From Nitrosopumilaceae archaeon (GTDB lineage Archaea; Thermoproteota; Nitrososphaeria; Nitrososphaerales; Nitrosopumilaceae): a stretch of 64,000 nucleotides of DNA. This document shows, one piece after another, positions 58,107 through 64,000 of the stretch; the stretch's first letter is position 1; each line of letters starts with the position of its first letter. Both the position numbers and the translations under genes were made by a program. The notes under the pieces are model-generated. The model was not told the origin of the DNA. It did no database searches and saw nothing but the letters and a program-made list of their open reading frames with translations. The stretch lies in contig WTHC01000025.1 of assembly GCA_011523285.1 (NCBI GenBank), positions 11,848-75,847 of the forward strand, written 5' to 3'.

Positions 58107-58140
58107 TATATAACTAAGTCTTCAGAACAAATAAATTAAA

Positions 58141-58215
58141 TGGGTCAGGAGGGCTTCGATCCCTCGACCATTGGATTAGAAGTCCAACACTCTATCCATG
58201 CTGAGCTACTGGCCC
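58141..58215 (-). tRNA. tRNA-Arg (TCT)
   Basis: GGGCCAG TA GCTC AGCATGGATA GAGT G TTGGA CT TCT AA TCCAA TGGTC GAGGG ATCGAAG CCCTC CTGACCC A. Confidence 0.93.
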
Positions 58216-58248
58216 AAAATTTTAAGATTGAATGGGCATATTAAGAGT

Positions 58249-59085
58249 TTACAACCATTTTTTTAATTTAATATCTCGTTCCATTTTAAATAGAAACTGT
58301 TGAGCGTATCCAGAATAAACTCCGAAATAATCTATAATATCATCATGAGCTTTTTCATATTTTCTCCGTGTTAATTTTTCATCTATTTGAAATAATGCAT
58401 TATAATATTTATGCATGCATCTTACCATCCATCTATCCAAAGGAAATGCATCTAATTTATCTAATGAAAATAAAAGTATACAATCAGCTGTTTTTTGACC
58501 TACGCCAGACACTTTGGTTAATTGATCTCTTGAAGTGTAATAATCTGTATTTCTTAATTGCTTAAAATCTATTATACCATTTAATATATCTTGAGACGCA
58601 GATCTAACGTATCTAGCTCTATATCCTAATCCACAACCAATTAATTCTTTCATACTTGCATTAGAAAGTGCTTTTGGAGATGGAAATAAATTGAATCTTT
58701 TGCCACAAAAATTCACCTCTTCCCCAAACTTATTACATAATCGTAGTAATGTAGTCTTAATTTTTTGAATATTTGAATTAGATGATGTGATAAATGATAT
58801 TACACATTGAAATGGATCCTGGCGTAATATCCTTAAACCAGGAGATAATAATATGGCATATTTTATTACTATATCTTTTTTTATGTCATTTATGATCTTT
58901 ACTATATTATCATCATTCCTAAAAAAATCGCATTTCTTATTTGTGAAAGTCAAAATTTTATTTGTGTTTTTTTCTATTACTATAACATCATTTCCATTTA
59001 TACCATACCATTTATTACCATCTTTTTCCCACAAAAACACCTGTCCGCTATTTATAGTATTATCTATATTTATATCATTGATCAA
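58249..59085 (-). CDS. ogg1: OGG1-type 8-oxoguanine DNA glycosylase (HhH-GPD)
   Basis: SGQVF.W, GLRILRQDP, S.N.NI..I, GLGYRA.Y, GVG.K.ADC..LF...AFP.D and GYAQQFLF motifs. Confidence 0.9.
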   Translation of the reverse strand: MINDINIDNTINSGQVFLWEKDGNKWYGINGNDVIVIEKNTNKILTFTNKKCDFFRNDDNIVKIINDIKKDIVIKYAILLSPGLRILRQDPFQCVISFITSSNSNIQKIKTTLLRLCNKFGEEVNFCGKRFNLFPSPKALSNASMKELIGCGLGYRARYVRSASQDILNGIIDFKQLRNTDYYTSRDQLTKVSGVGQKTADCILLFSLDKLDAFPLDRWMVRCMHKYYNALFQIDEKLTRRKYEKAHDDIIDYFGVYSGYAQQFLFKMERDIKLKKWL

Positions 59086-59097
59086 AATCCATTCAAT

Positions 59098-60363
59098 TTA
59101 ACATGTAAATGTTTCTCCAATTTTTGGAGCATATGATCTAAAACCAAATTTCTCTTTAATTTCTTGAGAAAACATTGTACATGATTTGATATCTCCATGT
59201 ATCGCTAATACCGTTGGATTACCTTTTATTTTTTTTATTACATCAAAAAGCGAATTTCTATCACCATGACCAGAAAATTCAAATGGTCTGACTCTTGCTT
59301 GTACATTTACATCATTTCTACGAATTGATATTTTACCAGTATCTAATAATCTTTTTCCTTGTGTCCCTTCTCCTTGATATGAAACTAATGCAATACCATT
59401 TTTTTTATTGAATGCAAGTTTATTAAGATAATATATTGCATTTCCACCTACTAACATTCCAGCTGGTGAAATTATTACACATGGATTATGTATTGCATTT
59501 TCTCTATCTTTGTTATTTCTAATTTGTGTTATTTTATTTAGTGTGTTCATGAATATTTTTGGATCTCGTAAATATTCTGGGTATTTAGAAATTATTTTAT
59601 TCACTTTTAGAGCCATACCATCCATAAATATAGGATATTTAAAATTATTTTTTTGAAATACACATGCAATTTCTTGTGATCGTTCTACGGAAAATGCCGG
59701 AATGAATAATACGCCATTTTGTTCCATTATTTCATTAGCAAACTTTATCAAACCACTTTCTGATTCAGCTCTTGACATTTGTTCTGTTTGTGAATATGTA
59801 CTTTCTGTTATTAAAATATCTATTTCATCTAATTCTAAGTCTGCCTCACTAAGAAGACGTGATCCATTTGGATTGATATCCCCTGTATAAAATAAGCGTT
59901 TTTTACCAGATTCTATTATGATAGTACTTCCACCAATAACATGTCCAGAACACTTCAATTCAAAAATAGAATCATTGATTTTAATTTTGTTACCATAGTT
60001 CATCATCTTTGAATTCTTCATCATTGCATCTATTTCATTATTGCCAAACAAACAAAAGTTTTTTTCAAGTTTCAACATATCTTCCAATAGTAACTTACTT
60101 AATTCTAGCGTTGGTGGTGTAGCATATACTTTATTGTGTCCACTTATAAATAAAGAAGGTATATTGCCAGAATGATCTAGATGTGCATGTGACAAGATCA
60201 CGGCATCTATATCTTTTGGTTTTACATGCAAAGGATATGCTGGCGCTTTTCCTTTTTTTCTAAGTAAAACTCCATAATCCAATAAAAAATTTGTGTTATT
60301 GTCACTGACTAAAAACCCAGATCTGCCAACTTCCATAGCTGCACCAAGAATTTTAACTTTCAT
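59098..60363 (-). CDS. Beta-CASP metallo-beta-lactamase ribonuclease (aCPSF2-like)
   Basis: LGAA.EVGRS, SHAHLDHSG, GHVIG, YTGD, ESTY, FSGH and IHGD motifs; no KH domains. Confidence 0.9.
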   Translation of the reverse strand: MKVKILGAAMEVGRSGFLVSDNNTNFLLDYGVLLRKKGKAPAYPLHVKPKDIDAVILSHAHLDHSGNIPSLFISGHNKVYATPPTLELSKLLLEDMLKLEKNFCLFGNNEIDAMMKNSKMMNYGNKIKINDSIFELKCSGHVIGGSTIIIESGKKRLFYTGDINPNGSRLLSEADLELDEIDILITESTYSQTEQMSRAESESGLIKFANEIMEQNGVLFIPAFSVERSQEIACVFQKNNFKYPIFMDGMALKVNKIISKYPEYLRDPKIFMNTLNKITQIRNNKDRENAIHNPCVIISPAGMLVGGNAIYYLNKLAFNKKNGIALVSYQGEGTQGKRLLDTGKISIRRNDVNVQARVRPFEFSGHGDRNSLFDVIKKIKGNPTVLAIHGDIKSCTMFSQEIKEKFGFRSYAPKIGETFTC

Positions 60364-60470
60364 AACATAACTTTCAATACATTATATCTTAAAAGTTTGT
60401 GTGTTGTCCGATTATAATATATTTATAATTTACAAAAGCTTTAATTAGTGTAATTTGAGATCCCAACCAC

Positions 60471-60683
60471 ATGGGAAGAAGCTTTCAAGAATGGCTAAAT
60501 ACACAAGATAAAAATGTTGTATCTAAAGTTAGAGCTGATGACGAATCTAATAAACCACTACTAAACCAAATTAATTGGATTTGGGTCAAAAACTTAATGG
60601 ATAAAAGAGCAGATCTTAATCCTACATCCGCAGAATTATTAGATTGGGTAACCTCTGGCCAAATAGATGCAATGAGAAAGTAA
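60471..60683 (+). CDS. Small conserved hypothetical protein (70 aa)
   Basis: ATG start with a TATA-like box upstream; Trp-rich non-random sequence; followed by a hairpin and T-tract. Confidence 0.75.
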   Translation: MGRSFQEWLNTQDKNVVSKVRADDESNKPLLNQINWIWVKNLMDKRADLNPTSAELLDWVTSGQIDAMRK

Positions 60684-60722
60684 ACGTGATTTTCACGTTA
60701 TTATTTTTTGTTTTTTATTTTT
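60683..60722 (+). terminator. Hairpin plus oligo-T terminator-like element
   Basis: AACGTGA-TTT-TCACGTT (60683-60699) followed by two T6 runs. Confidence 0.45.
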
Positions 60723-60845
60723 AATTATAATAATTTTACTTGATAATTAGCGATCTTTTGTTTTTGAAATCATAGTATAACCCTGTTATGAATTTTCATT
60801 ATCATTTAAATACTCACTGAACGTTGATCACTATTAGTGAAATAA

Positions 60846-61148
60846 ATGCCAATAGCAATATTACCAGACGTAGATGAACAGAGATGTATTGGTTGTGCAC
60901 TATGTGTTGAGATCTGTACTTCTCTTGGCCCTGATGTACTTAGAGTAAAACCTGTTGAAGGTTGGAAACGTGGTAAAGCATTTGTTTTCTATCCAGAAAG
61001 ATGCATCTCAGACGGTGCATGTATTGGAGTTTGTCCTACAAAATCTATATTCTGGATGAGACCAATGAATTACACTGCAGGACAACCTGTTCCACTTCAT
61101 AAAAACGGTGTTTTTATAAAAGGTTGGGCTGAAGACGCAGCACTATAA
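60846..61148 (+). CDS. Dicluster-type ferredoxin
   Basis: CIGCALCVEIC and CISDGACIGVCP motifs. Confidence 0.92.
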   Translation: MPIAILPDVDEQRCIGCALCVEICTSLGPDVLRVKPVEGWKRGKAFVFYPERCISDGACIGVCPTKSIFWMRPMNYTAGQPVPLHKNGVFIKGWAEDAAL

Positions 61149-61174
61149 ATAGTGCTTCACCATTTTTATTATTT

Positions 61175-62677
61175 TTACCAAGTTTTCTTCTCTATTGTAT
61201 TCGGGAGAAGTTTAGTGAAATATGATATAAACATATCATCATATTTTGTATATATTGTTGAGAAATTATTGTTCTTGAAAAATTTTTGCCACGTTGTTTT
61301 AAAAACAGGTAATAATTCTGGTTTGTATTTTATATTTGACATATCATAATGTGACGCTGGATATATGTCCGAAGTTTCAACTGGAATTATACCTAGAAAT
61401 GGATTATATTGGCAGAATTGAATAGATTTAATTTTGGAAAATTTTGTTTTTAAATTCTGATATGTGGGTGAGACATACATTGGCTTCATACTGTCATCTG
61501 GAATTATCAGTATGGATTTTTTTTTGGTTTTAAATTTACGTATTATTTTATGATATGATATAATTTCTGGTCTATATTGATCTTCGTAAGAAAATAAAAA
61601 TATTGATTTCTTCTTAAATATTGGTGTAGAAGGAATAAAATATTCATAGTTATTACACATTACAGAAATTATTTCAAATAGTTTTGGATGAGATCTGGCT
61701 TTTTTTATCACATACTCCCATAATCTGCCTTCGTGTATTGCTTCTTTTACTCTGTCTGTTTCTGTTTTTATTGAGAATAAATTATGCAATGCTATTTTTC
61801 TAGTTTTCTCATATTGATCTAATTCTACTAATTCTTTTGGTGTAAATTTGGTACACACGTCACAATTACATGCAAAATATTTCATATCTGCTAAATCTCG
61901 TGTTCTATCATCTGTTATATATCTGCCATGTTGTGCATACAATACATATGATGCAGAATCAAATGTATCGCAGCCTAGAGATACTGCAAGTGAAATTGTT
62001 AGAGGGTGCCCTGCACCAAAAAGATGTAGTGGTATAGAATGCGGCATTTTTTTTTTGGCGGTAATAATGATGTCTGCGAGCAATCTATATTTATATGACT
62101 CCATTAATTCTACAGGGCTTCCTAACGCTAACATCTTGAATCCATATTTTAATAGAGACTTAACAGAATATTGTATCAGATCTAAATGTTCGCTCCCTTG
62201 TATCGGCCCCATCCATATTTGATTGCTTGTGTTTTTTAATACATTGCGAGATACTTTGAGAGTATGTTTCACAAGTGATTTAGCTTGATTGTTATCTAGT
62301 CCATATCCTGTTGGTTTATCCAAAGGTATAGTAATATCAGCTTTTAATCCAGTTTCGAAATTAGCAATGTTTTCATGAGATTCTTTTATATCTCCATATT
62401 CCAATACTTGGTATCCACCAGAATCTGTCATTATAGCGCCATCAAATTTGATAATCTCATGTATGCCTTTTTTTACAGCATACTCACCATAATGTTTCTT
62501 GGTGATATATGCATTAGTTATAACCATATCAAATCCCATATCTTTAATTTTCCTTGTTGGTATGATTTGATTTACAGGGTGAATCACTGGTACATATGTT
62601 GGAGTTTCTATTTTTCCATGATTTGTATATATGTATGCAATTCTGCCTCGTAGATCACTTTTAATTATTTCAAACAT
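61175..62677 (-). CDS. tgtA: Archaeosine tRNA-guanine(15) transglycosylase
   Basis: ETPTYVPV, MTDSGGYQ, PLD.PTG, HLFGAGHP, GCDTFDSASY and C.C.VC...HNL motifs; no PUA domain. Confidence 0.95.
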   Translation of the reverse strand: MFEIIKSDLRGRIAYIYTNHGKIETPTYVPVIHPVNQIIPTRKIKDMGFDMVITNAYITKKHYGEYAVKKGIHEIIKFDGAIMTDSGGYQVLEYGDIKESHENIANFETGLKADITIPLDKPTGYGLDNNQAKSLVKHTLKVSRNVLKNTSNQIWMGPIQGSEHLDLIQYSVKSLLKYGFKMLALGSPVELMESYKYRLLADIIITAKKKMPHSIPLHLFGAGHPLTISLAVSLGCDTFDSASYVLYAQHGRYITDDRTRDLADMKYFACNCDVCTKFTPKELVELDQYEKTRKIALHNLFSIKTETDRVKEAIHEGRLWEYVIKKARSHPKLFEIISVMCNNYEYFIPSTPIFKKKSIFLFSYEDQYRPEIISYHKIIRKFKTKKKSILIIPDDSMKPMYVSPTYQNLKTKFSKIKSIQFCQYNPFLGIIPVETSDIYPASHYDMSNIKYKPELLPVFKTTWQKFFKNNNFSTIYTKYDDMFISYFTKLLPNTIEKKTW

Positions 62678-62682
62678 TCAAA

Positions 62683-63249
62683 TCAATCAACAAAAAATTT
62701 TCCTAGATCTTTATTTTTTATAATTAGGGGCAACCAATCTATATTGTTTATTTTCATTTTTCCTTTTGAACATTTGACAATTTTTTTAATAATTTGATCT
62801 ATTTTACCAGAGTTTATTATTTGACAAATTTTTTTAGGACCAAATTTCGTTATAGAATCATATGTGATTACACCAAGAATTTCAGCTCCTAGATTATCAA
62901 ATATTTTTTTAGAAATATATTTTCTACGTTGATAAATAGAAATTAATTCATATGGGTTTCTACGTATTATTATCATTTTGTCTATCTTATTGGGGTCTAA
63001 TACATATGGCGCTAAATGACCAACTATTATTGATTTATCAAAAGATTTCTTTTGTAACAATTTTGCTAATAGTGAAACATCGACATCTAATGTATGTTCT
63101 AAATTATTTTCTTCATAAATTTTTGATTGCAAAATTATCTTATTAATGTCTATGATTTTATAATTCCATCTGTGTGATAAATTTTTAGCAATTGTATGTT
63201 TTCCAACACCTGGTGTTCCTGTAATAACCAATGTTGTATTTTGTGTCAA
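62683..63249 (-). CDS. AK6/Fap7-family adenylate kinase
   Basis: ITGTPGVGKHT P-loop, IVGHLA and R.Y...K..DN..AEIL motifs. The in-frame TTG at 63249 is preferred over 63294. Confidence 0.88.
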   Translation of the reverse strand: MTQNTTLVITGTPGVGKHTIAKNLSHRWNYKIIDINKIILQSKIYEENNLEHTLDVDVSLLAKLLQKKSFDKSIIVGHLAPYVLDPNKIDKMIIIRRNPYELISIYQRRKYISKKIFDNLGAEILGVITYDSITKFGPKKICQIINSGKIDQIIKKIVKCSKGKMKINNIDWLPLIIKNKDLGKFFVD

Positions 63250-63308
63250 TTTTAACGATATTAAATAAATTGTTAATACTAATATGTTTAACATATGATA
63301 ATTTTATC

Positions 63309-64000
63309 ATGCATGTAGGTCTTTTTGGCAAAACTAATGTTGGAAAATCGACATTTTTTGAAGCTGCAACACAAGCACAAGTTAAAATAGGTAATTTTCC
63401 ATTTACTACAATTGTTCCAAATACTGGTATTGCTTATGTTACTTCTGATTGTCCTTGTAAACATTTTAAAATATTTCATCAACATCAATTTTGTCGTAAT
63501 GGAATGAGATTAATACCAATAAAACTTATCGATGTTGCAGGATTAGTACCTGGAGCTAGTGTTGGCAAAGGATTAGGCAATAAGTTTTTAGATGATTCTA
63601 GAAAAGCACAAATTTTAATCCACGTTGTTGATATATCTGGTTCCACAGATTCTCATGGACATCAGCAACAAGTTGGATCAAACGATCCTTTGAATGATAT
63701 TAAATTTATTGAAAATGAATTTGAAATATGGTTCAAACAAATATTAAAACGTGAATGGAAAAACTTGTTAAATTCTAAAGATAAAACTATGCATTTGTTT
63801 AACTCAATATCAAATCGTTTTAGCGGTTTATCTATTTCTAGATCTGATATTCATTTTGTATTAAATAAATTAAAGTTGTTAACTAGAGATCCTCGTAAAT
63901 GGCTTGATGATGATATTGATTTATTTTTAAATGAATTACGTAAAAAAAGTAAACCTATAATGATAGCTGCTAATAAAGTAGATTTATGTAAAGATCTACA
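63309..64000 (+). CDS. ychF: YchF/Obg-family ATPase/GTPase, 3'-partial (absent from the ORF track)
   Basis: Translated by hand: MHVGLFGKTNVGKSTFF, NFPFTTIVPN, DVAGLVPGASVGKGLGNKFLDD, HVVDISG and KPIMIAANKVD; open to the window end. Confidence 0.93.
   Translation, partial: MHVGLFGKTNVGKSTFFEAATQAQVKIGNFPFTTIVPNTGIAYVTSDCPCKHFKIFHQHQFCRNGMRLIPIKLIDVAGLVPGASVGKGLGNKFLDDSRKAQILIHVVDISGSTDSHGHQQQVGSNDPLNDIKFIENEFEIWFKQILKREWKNLLNSKDKTMHLFNSISNRFSGLSISRSDIHFVLNKLKLLTRDPRKWLDDDIDLFLNELRKKSKPIMIAANKVDLCKDL

Noticed and set aside
58249..59085. Loss of 8-oxoG repair as the cause of AT richness
   Set aside because: The OGG1-type glycosylase is intact, including the catalytic Lys and Asp.
63288..63488. 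66-aa minus-strand ORF
   Set aside because: It is antisense to the real ychF gene starting at 63309, which the ORF track missed because it runs off the window.
1..64000. CRISPR array, IS element, integrase/provirus or tRNA-anchored island
   Set aside because: I saw no regularly spaced repeats, transposase or integrase motifs, or duplicated tRNA 3' ends. The genes flanking all three tRNAs are housekeeping or typical AOA genes.
1..64000. Alternative genetic code or stop-codon recoding
   Set aside because: Conserved proteins translate full length with the standard code, and TAA, TAG and TGA all occur at expected ends. Frequent TTG/GTG starts are common in this lineage.

Overview
This is a gene-dense, AT-rich (roughly 28-30% GC by eye) core-genome segment of an ammonia-oxidising archaeon (Nitrososphaerota/Thaumarchaeota, most likely Nitrosopumilaceae). 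The assignment rests on archaeal informational genes (TFE, Rpp21, S19e, S27e, L44e, Csl4, Dph2, TiaS, aTrm56, ArcTGT, thermosome), an AOA-type S-layer protein, and the Rieske-cytochrome b-cupredoxin complex III cluster. The window holds about 62 CDSs, including class II RNR (5'-partial), a riboflavin operon, late cobalamin genes, folate and purine genes, class II HMG-CoA reductase, a his operon, thrC with a Ubl-E1 fusion, and YchF (3'-partial). It also holds 3 tRNAs: Gly-TCC, Arg-TCT and an initiator Met with two BHB introns. I saw no mobile element, CRISPR array, rRNA or prophage. AT-driven amino-acid drift and overlapping genes suggest a streamlined, possibly host-associated lineage (inference). 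The best leads are: (1) a deaminase-type amidohydrolase coupled inside the riboflavin operon, a candidate for the unassigned archaeal pyrimidine deaminase; (2) a thrC-like/Ubl-E1 fusion module whose Gly-Gly codons form an SD-like motif before an in-frame TTG; (3) a CobQ whose glutaminase domain is cleanly missing; (4) a SlaB-like gene after slaA; and (5) tiaS ending inside an antisense, doubly intron-containing CAU tRNA. All functional calls come from motif recognition by eye; no searches were run.
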